Origin: Roseburia sp.
Lineage (GTDB): Bacteria; Bacillota; Clostridia; Lachnospirales; Lachnospiraceae
Direction: 5' to 3'
Assembly: GCA_023664725.1 (NCBI GenBank)
Contig: JAMPFA010000001.1
Location: 599,191-662,412, forward strand
DNA length: 63,222 bases
The notes beneath the pieces were generated by a model, which was not told the DNA's origin, did not search any database, and was given only the letters and a program-made list of their open reading frames with translations. Every line of letters begins with the position of its first letter. Position 1 is the first letter of the stretch. Made by a program: the position numbers and the translations under genes. Below, one piece after another: positions 1-9,853 of the stretch.

Positions 1-10
1 GGCACTAAAA

Positions 11-54
11 TAAGTCCTTTATTTATCATATTTCTACAACAAATAAAGGACTTA
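11..54. other. Perfect 14-bp inverted repeat (taagtcctttattt / aaataaaggactta) with 16-nt loop. Possible hairpin or terminator-like element; on the minus strand it is followed by TTTT.
   Basis: Inverted repeat read directly from the sequence; the loop is long for a classic terminator. Confidence 0.25.
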
Positions 55-438
55 TACTAATGTCCTAAACATATGTGCAAGATTCTCCTTTCCTGCATAT
101 TTTTACATAATGGTCACTTTTTTGGTCACTTTTTGTAAAGCAACTCTGGAAACCTTGATTTTACTGGCTTATTTAAGGATTTTTTCAGGGTTCAAGTCCC
201 ATCTTCCGCATTTGATTAAATTGTGGGAAACCTTGATTATAAGGTTTTCCCATTTTTTTATTACCAGAGTAATTGGTTACACTTTTCCAGCACAAAAGAA
301 ATTTTTCTAATTTTATGATGGGGGTACATGTTATGGTTATGTTTTTAAGATTAAGGAATATCTAAGAGCATAAATCCGTATCAATGGTTTTATGCTTTTA
401 AAGTCACCTAAAAAACTGCTTGATAAAGGAGAACAATA

Positions 439-636
439 ATGATATTCCAGGATAATGTACTAAAAAAGTATTTAGAGAATGTTTATTTTATCACGGGCAC
501 ACCATGCGGCGGGAAAAACACAATTTCAAGAACCCTGGCCAAAAGACAAGGGTTTATGGTATATGATATTGACGAGCACTTCCCAGAGCATCAACAAATC
601 TCAGATCCAATATTTCAACCAGTAATGAAACTTTAA
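439..636 (+). pseudogene. N-terminal fragment of a P-loop NTPase/kinase (Walker A GTPCGGKNT), truncated after ~65 aa; likely a gene remnant.
   Basis: Translation shows a Walker A motif, then a stop with no downstream continuation in any frame. Confidence 0.3.
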
Positions 637-920
637 GAATACTGAATATTGACAGGTATAAAAAAATCAAAAAACTTCCAATATGTAAACCAACATAGCT
701 GATAGAAGCGTTCATACTGTATACGTAACCCATTAGATATATTTCCAAGCACAAGAGTGTAAAGTCTATCAAAGGCTTTACACTTTTCTCATGAAATCAA
801 AACTTTACCCCATGGCTTTCTTTCCCACAAAAGTAATAATAATTTCAATTTTCATAGCTTATTCCTTCTCACAGCCCCAAGTGGAAAATCCTGCCATGAA
901 TGGACTTTACACCTCAAATA

Positions 921-929
921 TGGTATAAT
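921..929 (+). promoter_or_regulatory. Extended -10 promoter element (TGgTATAAT) upstream of the alpha/beta hydrolase gene.
   Basis: tggtataat lies ~40 nt upstream of the ATG at 967/973. Confidence 0.4.
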
Positions 930-966
930 AAACTTAATAATCCAATGAAGAAATACTCACAAAGGA

Positions 967-1959
967 ATGCCTATGAGAAAAAAGAAAAAATTATTGATCA
1001 CTTTTGGTTCCATAACAGCACTGCTTCTGATTCTGTACTTTATTCTGGTAAATTTTCTTGTCAGTGCCGCACTGGTTCCCTCTTTTATGGAAAAACTGGA
1101 AGCCTTTCAGCGGATCTCCGATGAAAGCTTTGCAGCCCTGGTGCAGACATCCGATATCAAAACCAACCGACAACTCGCAAGGAATGCCACCAAAAAATGG
1201 CTGGAAACCGCAGAATCTCAAAAAATATCCGCTGAGACATCAGACGGATACCAACTGATCGCAGAGGTATTTCCCAATGAGGAAGAAAACCACAAATGGG
1301 TACTTCTACTTCACGGGTATACCGGCTGGAAAGAAGAAATGTATCCCTTTGCCCACTGGTATCACGAAGAGGGATATCATATCCTTGCCCCAGATCTTAG
1401 GTGCCAAGGGGAAAGCGAAGGAGATTTTATCGGGATGGGGTGGACGGACCATTTTGACTGCGCCCTGTGGATCGACTATATGTTATCCCAGGACCCTGAT
1501 GCAGAAATCGTAGTTCACGGACAGTCTATGGGTGCTTCCACTGCATTGATGATAACAGGGGAAGAAAACCTATCTGGACATATCAAAGCCGTAATCTCCG
1601 ACTGTGCATACACGGATGCATACGCTATGTTCAGCGATAAGATTAAAGCGTGGTTCCATCTGCCCGCCTTTCCCTTAGTGGACAGTGCCTGTCTTGTCCT
1701 GCGGCTCCGAGGAGGATACAAGCTAAAAGATGCCTCCGCCATCCAGGCGGTTAAAACCAGCAGCACTCCTACCCTCTTTATCCACGGGGATGCGGACGAC
1801 TTGATATCTGTTCAAATGTCAAAGGACTTATATGATGCGGCTGACTGCAAAAAAGAGCTGTTAATCGTAGAGGGAGCAGGACATGCACAATCCCAGGACA
1901 AAAACCCGGAATTGTATTACGGCACCATAAAAGCATTTCTGGAAAACCTGGAAACCTAA
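967..1959 (+). CDS. Membrane-anchored alpha/beta-fold serine hydrolase (esterase/lipase-like).
   Basis: N-terminal TM helix; nucleophile elbow HGQSMGAS (GxSxG); downstream Asp/His; 330 aa. Confidence 0.8.
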   Translation: MPMRKKKKLLITFGSITALLLILYFILVNFLVSAALVPSFMEKLEAFQRISDESFAALVQTSDIKTNRQLARNATKKWLETAESQKISAETSDGYQLIAEVFPNEEENHKWVLLLHGYTGWKEEMYPFAHWYHEEGYHILAPDLRCQGESEGDFIGMGWTDHFDCALWIDYMLSQDPDAEIVVHGQSMGASTALMITGEENLSGHIKAVISDCAYTDAYAMFSDKIKAWFHLPAFPLVDSACLVLRLRGGYKLKDASAIQAVKTSSTPTLFIHGDADDLISVQMSKDLYDAADCKKELLIVEGAGHAQSQDKNPELYYGTIKAFLENLET

Positions 1960-2028
1960 TATTTGGTGTATCAGCGATTGACACATATTAAATTGAAGCC
2001 GCAGAACCTGTGGAAATCAGGCGGACTC

Positions 2029-2802
2029 TTATCGCTCCTCCACAAAACTGAGCATAAGGTTTCGCATATCTTCCATCCGCTGCTTCGCCTTGGCATTTTT
2101 GTAAGAAACTCTGTCCACCAGACGATTTACATAGTCATGTTCCCTCACATAGGCAAAACTCTGGGGAAGATTCAGATCAAACATATAGCCGATGTAGGAA
2201 ACCCACATATCCAGGTGGGTTTCCCTCTTTGCATTTAACAGGGGATTGTAACTCATAAACGTCTCGTAGGCATAATCCGAAACCTCTTCCTCCTCCAACT
2301 CCTCCATGGTTACATCCAGCATTGTCTCCATGCTCTCGATCAGCTTTGTGTGAAAATTATCAAGCTTATCTGCATCCCGGATCAGCTTCGTATAGAGAAG
2401 CTCCTCCCCCTGCAGTGTCTCGTCCACCAGAAACACTCCGTGATTTTTAATACTCTCATAGATCATATTGTCATACTCCTTAATGTCTATAAAATCCCGA
2501 AGATGCCCCTGGTCAAACAAAACCATAAGGCTGCACTTTGCATGGGGGATCACCGAATCGTCAAAACTGTTTGTGATGCGGAGCTGCTCAAACCTTCCAA
2601 TATCATGCAAAAGTCCGATCAGTCCTGCCAGATCTCTCTTTTCCTCCGGCATCCCCATAGACTCTGCCAAAAAAAGGCAGATATCCATCACCCGGTAGGT
2701 ATGGGTGATCTTCAGATTGATTTTCCCATCCTCCCTATCGTAAGCCGAAATATAATTTTCAAACTGCCTAACGGCGTCCTGTAAATGTATTCTTGAAGCC
2801 AT
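2029..2802 (-). CDS. HD-domain phosphohydrolase.
   Basis: H...HD motif (LLHDIGR) and downstream D residues typical of the HD superfamily. Confidence 0.75.
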   Translation of the reverse strand: MASRIHLQDAVRQFENYISAYDREDGKINLKITHTYRVMDICLFLAESMGMPEEKRDLAGLIGLLHDIGRFEQLRITNSFDDSVIPHAKCSLMVLFDQGHLRDFIDIKEYDNMIYESIKNHGVFLVDETLQGEELLYTKLIRDADKLDNFHTKLIESMETMLDVTMEELEEEEVSDYAYETFMSYNPLLNAKRETHLDMWVSYIGYMFDLNLPQSFAYVREHDYVNRLVDRVSYKNAKAKQRMEDMRNLMLSFVEER

Positions 2803-2938
2803 ATGATATCCTTTCCTGATCCAAAATCAACTAATGTGTAATTTATCATACCTTTATTTGTGCCGAATGTCAATAGCAAATCGAACATTTGTTTGTACTT
2901 GATTTTCTAAATTTCTTCTTTTCTATTTTTTATATCCC

Positions 2939-2967
2939 TTGACATTTATATCGGCGTACGATATACT
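2939..2967 (+). promoter_or_regulatory. Sigma-70 type promoter for the padR operon: TTGACA-17 bp-TATACT.
   Basis: Consensus -35 (2939-2944) and -10 (2962-2967) with a 17-nt spacer, ~60 nt upstream of the ATG at 3026. Confidence 0.5.
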
Positions 2968-2997
2968 CTAATTATGATATATCGTCACTCGATATAT
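2947..2997 (+). promoter_or_regulatory. Two operator-like palindromes, TATATCG-N5-CGATATA (2947-2965) and ATATATCG-N5-CGATATAT (2977-2997), overlapping the -10 and +1 region of the padR promoter.
   Basis: Perfect 7- and 8-bp inverted repeats sharing the same half-site; PadR regulators typically autoregulate via such palindromes. Confidence 0.4.
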
Positions 2998-3025
2998 TAG
3001 CAATTTACACATAGGAGGAAAGAAA

Positions 3026-3349
3026 ATGAATGACAATCCTGCACTGACCGAAGCAGTTTACTACATTCTTTTATCCCTATACACTCCCAGCCACGGCTAC
3101 GGGATCATGCAAAAGACAGAGCAGATGTCCGACGGCCGGGTCCACTTGGCAGCGGGAACCCTGTACGGCGCTTTAACCAATCTCTGCGCCAAGGGATGGA
3201 TCAAAGCCCTGCCGGGAGAAGCAGGGAGCCGGAAAAAGGAATATCAGATTACTGCATCTGGAAAAGAGATACTCACCGCAGAGTTAAACCGCCTGCAGCA
3301 GCTGGTAAAAAACGGAGAAGAAATTTTGGGAGGGAAAGAAAATGACTGA
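3026..3349 (+). CDS. PadR-family transcriptional regulator.
   Basis: 107 aa, winged-HTH PadR signature (YYILLSL...HGYGI...LYGAL); stop overlaps the start of the next gene. Confidence 0.85.
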   Translation: MNDNPALTEAVYYILLSLYTPSHGYGIMQKTEQMSDGRVHLAAGTLYGALTNLCAKGWIKALPGEAGSRKKEYQITASGKEILTAELNRLQQLVKNGEEILGGKEND

Positions 3350-3872
3350 ACGAAAAACAATCCACAGATGGTGGTGGGCATGGAACTTTGACAGGGAAGA
3401 ACAATGGTTAAACGAGATGGCTATGGACGGCTGGGCACTGTATGATGTGGGATTCTGCGTCTACCGCTTTGAGAAAAGTAAGCCAAGCGAATATACGATA
3501 CGCCTTGAAATGCATCGCCATGACAGCGCATATCTGGAATTTATGGAAGAAACAGGCGCCGAGTATATTGGACGCTGTGCCCAGTGGATGTTTTTCCGCA
3601 AAAAATCCAGCCTGGGCCAATTTGACATTTTTTCTGATATCGACTCCCGCATCCGTCACCTGAACAATATCATCAACTTGTTCCGGTTTATCGCAATAGC
3701 ATGTATCTTTGTTGGATTAACAAATATATATATCGGCATAGTTCCGCCTTCCCGCTTCAACATCTGGGGAGGAACCTCCAACCTGTTGATGGCATGTCTT
3801 GTCCTTTATGGTATGGGACGGATTCATGGAAAAAAGGACTTTCTGGAAAAAGAACGGCTGCTGCACGAGTAA
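3342..3872 (+). CDS. DUF2812-like membrane protein commonly paired with PadR.
   Basis: Overlaps padR by 8 nt; soluble N-terminal domain then two TM helices; classic PadR-associated architecture. Confidence 0.6.
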   Translation: MTERKTIHRWWWAWNFDREEQWLNEMAMDGWALYDVGFCVYRFEKSKPSEYTIRLEMHRHDSAYLEFMEETGAEYIGRCAQWMFFRKKSSLGQFDIFSDIDSRIRHLNNIINLFRFIAIACIFVGLTNIYIGIVPPSRFNIWGGTSNLLMACLVLYGMGRIHGKKDFLEKERLLHE

Positions 3873-3902
3873 AAAATATTGAAGTTTATGGAGGTAAATA
3901 AA

Positions 3903-4088
3903 ATGGCTGAAAAAGAAAGATTTGAAAAAGTTTTCTCACAGGGAAAATGGAATGTTGCCACAGAAATCTGGGTAGACAAAGAGACTGGCGTGAATTATGT
4001 GTTTCATGCAAGTGGATACGCAGGAGGAATGACTGTGCTCCTAGACAGAGATGGGAAACCAGTGGTCTCTCCGATTGTGAATAGCTAA
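3903..4088 (+). CDS. Small hypothetical protein (61 aa).
   Basis: GGAGG RBS 8 nt upstream of the ATG at 3903; the ORF table extends it to 3879 but the RBS favours 3903. Confidence 0.45.
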   Translation: MAEKERFEKVFSQGKWNVATEIWVDKETGVNYVFHASGYAGGMTVLLDRDGKPVVSPIVNS

Positions 4089-4124
4089 AGATTATATTTA
4101 TTTGCATGAAGTAGTTTTACATCA

Positions 4125-4160
4125 AGAGCCGGACAATCAAATGTCCGGCTCTTCATTCAT
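4125..4160. terminator. Bidirectional rho-independent terminator between convergent genes: 11-bp stem agagccggaca / tgtccggctct followed by a T-rich tract.
   Basis: Perfect hairpin plus tcattcattttctatttt; lies between the 3' ends of the small plus-strand ORF and uxaC. Confidence 0.6.
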
Positions 4161-4163
4161 TTT

Positions 4164-5579
4164 CTATTTTGTCTCCAGATCAAATCCAAAGTACCTTACT
4201 GCATTATTATAGGAAATTCCCTTTACAATCTTCTCCAATGCCTTGTAATCTGCGGGGTACTCTCCGTTCTCTACCCATCCGCCGATAAGCTCACACACAA
4301 TTCTTCTGAAATACTCATGCCTTGTGTAGGACAGGAAACTTCTGGAGTCTGTCAGCATACCGATAAAGTTGCCAAGCAGCCCAAGGTTTGCCAGGCTTGT
4401 CATCTGCGCCATCATTCCAGCTTTGTGGTCATTGAACCACCATGCGCTTCCCTGCTGAATTTTGCCGATCGTAGTGGCATCCTGGAAACATCCTATAATG
4501 GTACCGATGGAGGCATCGTCGTTGGGATTCAAGGAGTAAAGGATCGTCCTTGGCATCTCGTCTGTGGAATTTAAAGCGTTTAAAAAATCTGCCATCTGTG
4601 CAGAGGGAGCGTAATTGTTGATACAGTCATATCCTGTATCCGGTCCCAGCTGGTCATAGCGGAAACGGTTATTGTCCCTCTTGCATCCATAGTGAAGCTG
4701 CATTGCCCAGTTTCTCTTGTGATACTCTTTTCCCATGGCAAGCATAAATGCGGTCTTAAACTTCAGCTCATCTTCCCTGGAAACCTCATTTCCCGCCATT
4801 CTCTTTGCAAAGATATCCTCAATCTCCTTGTCAGAAGCCGGAGCGTACATGACATACTCTAACGCATGGTCAGACACACTGCACCCCATAGATGCAAAGA
4901 AGTCCAGACGATTCTTAAGAGCATCAAGCAAGGTTGCAAAAGAAGTAACTTTCACACCGCTGACACTGCTCAATTTCTCAAGATAATCCAGATAATCCGG
5001 TTTTTCCAGGTTCATCGCCTTGTCCGGACGCCATGCGGGGAGAACCTGCACCTCAAAGCTCTTATCCTCTGCGATCATCTTGTGCCATTCCAGGCTGTCC
5101 ACCGGATCGTCAGTGGTACAGATTAATGTAACGTTTGACTGTCTGATAATATTGCGGACAGACATGGAATCCTCTTTTAATTTTTCATTGCACAGGTTCC
5201 AAACTTCCTCTGCGGTCTCACCGTTTAAATGTCCCGTATACCCGAAGTACCTTTGCAATTCCAGATGGCTCCAGTGATAAAGTGGATTTCCGATTGCCTT
5301 CTCCAAAGTCTCCGCCCATTTCTGGAATTTCTCACGGTCCGGCGCATCCCCTGTGATATAGCGCTCATCTACCCCGTTGGAACGCATCTGACGCCATTTG
5401 TAGTGGTCTCCTCCCAGCCACACCTGGGTGATGTTTTCAAACTTTCTATCCTCTGCGATCTCCTTTGGATTGATGTGGCAGTGATAATCCAGCACCGGCA
5501 TCGTCTCCGCATAGTCGTGGAACAGCTTCTTTGCACTGTCCGTTGAAAGAATAAAGTCCTTATCCATAAACTGTTTCAT
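4164..5579 (-). CDS. uxaC: Glucuronate (uronate) isomerase.
   Basis: 471 aa; N-terminus ...PVLDYHCHINPKEIAEDRKFENITQVWLGGDHYKWRQMRSNGV matches UxaC signatures. Confidence 0.9.
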   Translation of the reverse strand: MKQFMDKDFILSTDSAKKLFHDYAETMPVLDYHCHINPKEIAEDRKFENITQVWLGGDHYKWRQMRSNGVDERYITGDAPDREKFQKWAETLEKAIGNPLYHWSHLELQRYFGYTGHLNGETAEEVWNLCNEKLKEDSMSVRNIIRQSNVTLICTTDDPVDSLEWHKMIAEDKSFEVQVLPAWRPDKAMNLEKPDYLDYLEKLSSVSGVKVTSFATLLDALKNRLDFFASMGCSVSDHALEYVMYAPASDKEIEDIFAKRMAGNEVSREDELKFKTAFMLAMGKEYHKRNWAMQLHYGCKRDNNRFRYDQLGPDTGYDCINNYAPSAQMADFLNALNSTDEMPRTILYSLNPNDDASIGTIIGCFQDATTIGKIQQGSAWWFNDHKAGMMAQMTSLANLGLLGNFIGMLTDSRSFLSYTRHEYFRRIVCELIGGWVENGEYPADYKALEKIVKGISYNNAVRYFGFDLETK

Positions 5580-5580
5580 T

Positions 5581-6609
5581 TTAAAAACCCTCCTGAAAAT
5601 TCTGAAATTTTAGTGATGTACTGTTTCTGATAACCAAATCTGCTGAGATCATTGTGCGGGCAGGCACTTTACAGTGATCCAGCACTTTCATTAATACATT
5701 TACCACATTCATGCAGGAATATTCCAACTTGTTGTCCACAGAGGTAAGCTCCGGCTCACAACACAGCCCCAGCTTGGAATTGTTGTATCCGATCACTTCC
5801 AGATCCTCCGGTATGCCGATTCCCAAGCACTTAGCATACTTGATGGCTCCGATGGCCAACTCATCGTCAACCGTTAAGATCACTTCTTCCCGGATTCCCT
5901 GTTTTGCCCGGGCGATCAGTATATCCCGCACTTCATCGATAGTTCCGTCATGAACGATAACCTGGTTTTTCCGGCATTTAATTCCCATCTCCTCATATGC
6001 CTTGATAAAGCCATTCCTCTTTTGGATTCCACTGTAAGAGAGACTTCTGCAGAGAAACAGCATCTCCCTTTTCCCTGCCAGAAGATATGTCTTGGTCACC
6101 CGGTATAAGGCATCTGTGTCATCACATAAGGCACAATACACATTTTCCGCTTCCAGATAGCCGTTTAAGATCACCACAGGAACCTTTGACGCCGCCTCTA
6201 CGATGTACCGGTTCCTCTCCTTTGTCTGCTCCACAAAATTGGAACCCGCAAGGATCACCGCATCCACACGCTTAGACAAAAGAAGCTCCATGTACTGCTT
6301 TTTGTTCTCCCACTCATATCCAGTGCAGCACAAAAGAACATCGTAATCGTAATTCCGAAGTTCCTGCTCTAAATAGTAGATCGCAGATGCCAGATAAGGA
6401 TCGGAAGAATCTGCGCACAAAATACCTACTGTCTGCATGGTATCCAGCCCCAGCCCTCTCGCAAAGGCATTGGGGGTATAGCCCATCTCCTCCATCACCT
6501 TTAAGACTTTCTCTCTTGTAGCCTCCCTGACCTTTGTATTTCCGTTCAACACCCGGGAAACAGTGGCGATACTTACCCCCGCCTGTCTCGATACGTCATA
6601 AATATTCAT
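5581..6609 (-). CDS. LacI-family transcriptional regulator (hexuronate regulator candidate).
   Basis: N-terminal HTH MNIYDVSRQAGVSIATVSRVLNGN plus periplasmic-binding-like sugar-binding domain; immediately upstream of uxaC. Confidence 0.9.
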   Translation of the reverse strand: MNIYDVSRQAGVSIATVSRVLNGNTKVREATREKVLKVMEEMGYTPNAFARGLGLDTMQTVGILCADSSDPYLASAIYYLEQELRNYDYDVLLCCTGYEWENKKQYMELLLSKRVDAVILAGSNFVEQTKERNRYIVEAASKVPVVILNGYLEAENVYCALCDDTDALYRVTKTYLLAGKREMLFLCRSLSYSGIQKRNGFIKAYEEMGIKCRKNQVIVHDGTIDEVRDILIARAKQGIREEVILTVDDELAIGAIKYAKCLGIGIPEDLEVIGYNNSKLGLCCEPELTSVDNKLEYSCMNVVNVLMKVLDHCKVPARTMISADLVIRNSTSLKFQNFQEGF

Positions 6610-6631
6610 AATCTAGTCATCCTTCATGGCT

Positions 6632-6645
6632 TGTAAGCACTTACA
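6632..6645. promoter_or_regulatory. LacI-type operator tgtaagcacttaca (near-palindrome) just upstream of the regulator gene start.
   Basis: 14-bp near-perfect palindrome of the TGTAAGC/GCTTACA class; related copy at 6774. Confidence 0.5.
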
Positions 6646-6741
6646 CTTTTTCTTTCCAACACATTATACAACACAATATCTTAAAATTCAATGTCTTTAT
6701 GGCAAACTGTTACATTTTTTATCGGTTCACGCAAAAAAGCA

Positions 6742-6770
6742 TTGACTATTTTTCCTTTTTGTCGTATTGT
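6742..6770 (+). promoter_or_regulatory. Candidate uxaA promoter TTGACT-17 bp-TATTGT.
   Basis: -35 at 6742-6747 and -10 at 6765-6770; an operator starts 4 nt downstream. Confidence 0.4.
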
Positions 6771-6773
6771 AAA

Positions 6774-6787
6774 TGTAAGTACTTACA
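6774..6787. promoter_or_regulatory. Perfect 14-bp palindromic LacI-family operator tgtaagtacttaca at the +1 region of the uxaA promoter.
   Basis: Self-complementary 14-mer. The flanking acttacacttttt is shared with the 6632 copy. Confidence 0.55.
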
Positions 6788-6834
6788 CTTTTTTCAATTA
6801 CTTTATCAACTATGTTTGAAAGGACAACAATTCT

Positions 6835-8325
6835 ATGCAGGATTATATTAAAATTCATCCGGACGACTGCGTCGCCGTGGCGTTAAAGCCCTTGTCTTCT
6901 GACACTTCTGTCACTATTGACGGTGAAGACATTCTGCTGGCGGAGGATATTCCCCAGGGTCACAAGTTTGCCTTGAAGGATATCGCCCTGGGAGAACCTA
7001 TTTTGAAATACGGAAATCCCATCGGCGTTGCCAAGGAGAAGATCAAAAAGGGAAGCTGGATCCACACCCACAATATCAAAACCGGGTTGGGAGACCTTCT
7101 GACTTACTCTTACAAAAAAGTGGACACGGACATCGCCCCCACAGAGGATGTGACCTTTATGGGATATCGCAGAAACGACGGTTCCGTAGGCGTCCGCAAC
7201 GAAATCTGGATCATCCCCACCGTTGGCTGTGTCAATAATGTGGCGACTTCCATTGAGAGACAGGCGCAAAGGTTCGTGGGAGGTACGGTGGAAGAAATTG
7301 TGGCATTTCCACACCCGTATGGCTGTTCCCAGATGGGAGACGACCAGGAGAACACCAGACAGATTTTGGCAGATTTAATTAAGCATCCCAACGCCGGAGG
7401 CGTTCTTGTCCTTGGCCTTGGATGTGAGAACAGCAATATTGATGAGTTAAAGAAATATATTGGAGACTACGATCCAAACAGAGTTCGTTTTCTTGTAGCA
7501 CAGGAATGTGAGGACGAGATTGGCGCTGCCCTCTCCATTATCGAGGATCTAACCCGTTTTGTGGGGAATTTCCACAGGGAACCAATCAGCTGCAGTGAAC
7601 TGGTGATCGGTATGAAATGCGGTGGTTCCGACGGGCTTTCCGGTATCACCGCCAACCCCACTGTCGGTGCATTTTCCGACCTTTTGATCTCCAAGGGCGG
7701 CACCACGATTTTGACGGAAGTTCCTGAAATGTTCGGTGCGGAGACATTGCTTATGAACCGCTGTGAAAATAAAGAAGTGTTCCAGGAGACTGTAGATCTG
7801 ATCAATAATTTTAAAAATTATTTTACCTCCCACAACCAGACGATTTACGAAAATCCATCCCCTGGCAACAAAAAAGGCGGAATCTCCACTTTGGAGGACA
7901 AGTCTTTGGGATGTACTCAGAAGTCCGGCAGTGCCCCGGTGAGGGGTGTGTTGTCCTACGGACAGAGAGTATGTGAGAAGGGTAAGAAAGGCTTAAACCT
8001 CCTTAGCGCACCAGGCAACGATTTGGTGGCCTCCACCGCTCTTGCCGCAGCCGGCGCCCACATTGTACTGTTTACCACAGGACGGGGAACACCTTTTGCA
8101 TCCCCGGTACCCACAGTGAAAATTTCAACTAACACCGCATTAAATGACAAAAAATTCAACTGGATCGACTTTAACTGCGGCACTATGGTGGAGGGAACTT
8201 CTTTAGATGACTTAAAGCAGTATCTCTTTGACTTTGTGATAAACGTTGCCTCAGGAGAAAAGGTGAAGGCAGAAAAGGCCGGATTCCACGATATGGCTAT
8301 CTTTAAACAGGGTGTCACATTATAA
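6835..8325 (+). CDS. uxaA: Altronate dehydratase.
   Basis: 496 aa; SAF N-domain followed by a UxaA/GarD-family dehydratase domain; in an operon with uxaB. Confidence 0.9.
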   Translation: MQDYIKIHPDDCVAVALKPLSSDTSVTIDGEDILLAEDIPQGHKFALKDIALGEPILKYGNPIGVAKEKIKKGSWIHTHNIKTGLGDLLTYSYKKVDTDIAPTEDVTFMGYRRNDGSVGVRNEIWIIPTVGCVNNVATSIERQAQRFVGGTVEEIVAFPHPYGCSQMGDDQENTRQILADLIKHPNAGGVLVLGLGCENSNIDELKKYIGDYDPNRVRFLVAQECEDEIGAALSIIEDLTRFVGNFHREPISCSELVIGMKCGGSDGLSGITANPTVGAFSDLLISKGGTTILTEVPEMFGAETLLMNRCENKEVFQETVDLINNFKNYFTSHNQTIYENPSPGNKKGGISTLEDKSLGCTQKSGSAPVRGVLSYGQRVCEKGKKGLNLLSAPGNDLVASTALAAAGAHIVLFTTGRGTPFASPVPTVKISTNTALNDKKFNWIDFNCGTMVEGTSLDDLKQYLFDFVINVASGEKVKAEKAGFHDMAIFKQGVTL

Positions 8326-8353
8326 TATAGAAAGCAGAGGAAAGGATATTACC

Positions 8354-9838
8354 ATGAAAAAATTATGTTATGAGACATTGAAAGAAATGAACTACGACGG
8401 TTATCTCTTAAAAGACGCACCGGAGAGAGTGCTCCAGTTTGGCGAGGGAAATTTCCTCCGCGCCTTTGTGGATTACTTTATCGACATGATGAACGAAAAG
8501 GCAGGATTTAACTCCAAAGTTATTCTCTGCCAGCCTATCGCACCAGGCCTTGCAGATCTGATCAACGAGCAGGAAGGACTTTACACCTTATACCTCCGTG
8601 GCTTTGAAAATGGACAGAAAGTAAATGACAAGAGGATCATCTCCTGTGTCAGCAGATGTTTAAATCCCTATTCACAGTTTAATGACCTTTTGGCCTGTGC
8701 AAAAAATCCTGACTTAAGATTTATTGCCTGCAACACCACTGAGGCAGGAATCGCTTACGACCCTTCCTGCAAATTTACCGACACACCGGCAGACAGCTAT
8801 CCCGGAAAACTCACCCAGTTTATGTATGAGCGTTTCAAAACTTTCGGCACAGAAAAAGGCAAAGGATTTGTTATCCTTTCCTGCGAGCTCATTGACAACA
8901 ACGGAAAAGAACTGGAAAAATGTGTATTGCAGTATGCAGACCTGTGGCAGCTTGGGGATGATTTTACAAAGTGGATCAAAGAGGAGAATATCTTCTGCTC
9001 TACTTTAGTAGACCGTATCGTAACCGGATACCCCAGAAACGAGGCAGAGGAAATCTGCAAAGAGAACGGCTATCAGGACAACATTATCGACACCGGAGAA
9101 GTGTTTGGCTTCTGGGTAATCGAGGGTCCACAGTCTTTAAAGGAAGAGCTTCCCTTTGAGAAAGCCGGACTTCCCGTACTGATCACAGATGACCACAAGC
9201 CATACAAACAGCGGAAAGTGCGTATCTTAAACGGTGCCCACACCTCTATGGTTTTAGGCGCTTATCTGGCAGGCCAGGATATCGTCAGAAACTGTATGGA
9301 AGATGATGTGATTCAGGGCTTTATGAACAAGACTATCTATGATGAGATCATCCCAACTCTCACCCTTCCAAAAGATGAACTGGAAGGATTTGCCGCTTCT
9401 GTTACAGAGCGTTTTAAAAATCCGTTTATTGACCATGCGCTGCTTGCTATCTCCTTAAACTCCACTTCCAAGTGGAAAGCAAGAGTTATGCCAAGCTTTA
9501 AGGGATATGTGGACAAATTCGGAAAGCTTCCCGCATGTATCACTGCTTCCTTTGCTTTCTACATTGCTTTCTATAAAGGAAAGAAAATGGGTGAGGACGG
9601 CATGATCGGACAACGAAAAGGCAACGAATACACCATAAAAGACGATGCGCCTATTTTAGACTTCTATCTTGCACACAAAGATGACGACAACAAAACTCTG
9701 GCACACGCAGTCTGCTCCAACACAGACTTCTGGGGTGAGGATTTATCCAAAGTTTCAGGATTTGAAGCGGAAGTTGCAAAATATCTGGATATGATTGACG
9801 AAAAAGGCACCTACGAAGTAATGAAGAGCTGCTTATAA
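8354..9838 (+). CDS. uxaB: Tagaturonate reductase (altronate oxidoreductase), mannitol-dehydrogenase family.
   Basis: ERVLQFGEGNFLRAF N-terminal signature; start placed at MKKLCYE (RBS aggaaagg upstream) rather than the overlapping 8312. Confidence 0.85.
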   Translation: MKKLCYETLKEMNYDGYLLKDAPERVLQFGEGNFLRAFVDYFIDMMNEKAGFNSKVILCQPIAPGLADLINEQEGLYTLYLRGFENGQKVNDKRIISCVSRCLNPYSQFNDLLACAKNPDLRFIACNTTEAGIAYDPSCKFTDTPADSYPGKLTQFMYERFKTFGTEKGKGFVILSCELIDNNGKELEKCVLQYADLWQLGDDFTKWIKEENIFCSTLVDRIVTGYPRNEAEEICKENGYQDNIIDTGEVFGFWVIEGPQSLKEELPFEKAGLPVLITDDHKPYKQRKVRILNGAHTSMVLGAYLAGQDIVRNCMEDDVIQGFMNKTIYDEIIPTLTLPKDELEGFAASVTERFKNPFIDHALLAISLNSTSKWKARVMPSFKGYVDKFGKLPACITASFAFYIAFYKGKKMGEDGMIGQRKGNEYTIKDDAPILDFYLAHKDDDNKTLAHAVCSNTDFWGEDLSKVSGFEAEVAKYLDMIDEKGTYEVMKSCL

Positions 9839-9853
9839 AAAAGGAGGTCTGCT

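Noticed and set aside
110-310. 66-aa ORF at the window start.
   Set aside because: No RBS, hydrophobic low-complexity translation, and it lies in an AT-rich non-coding region.
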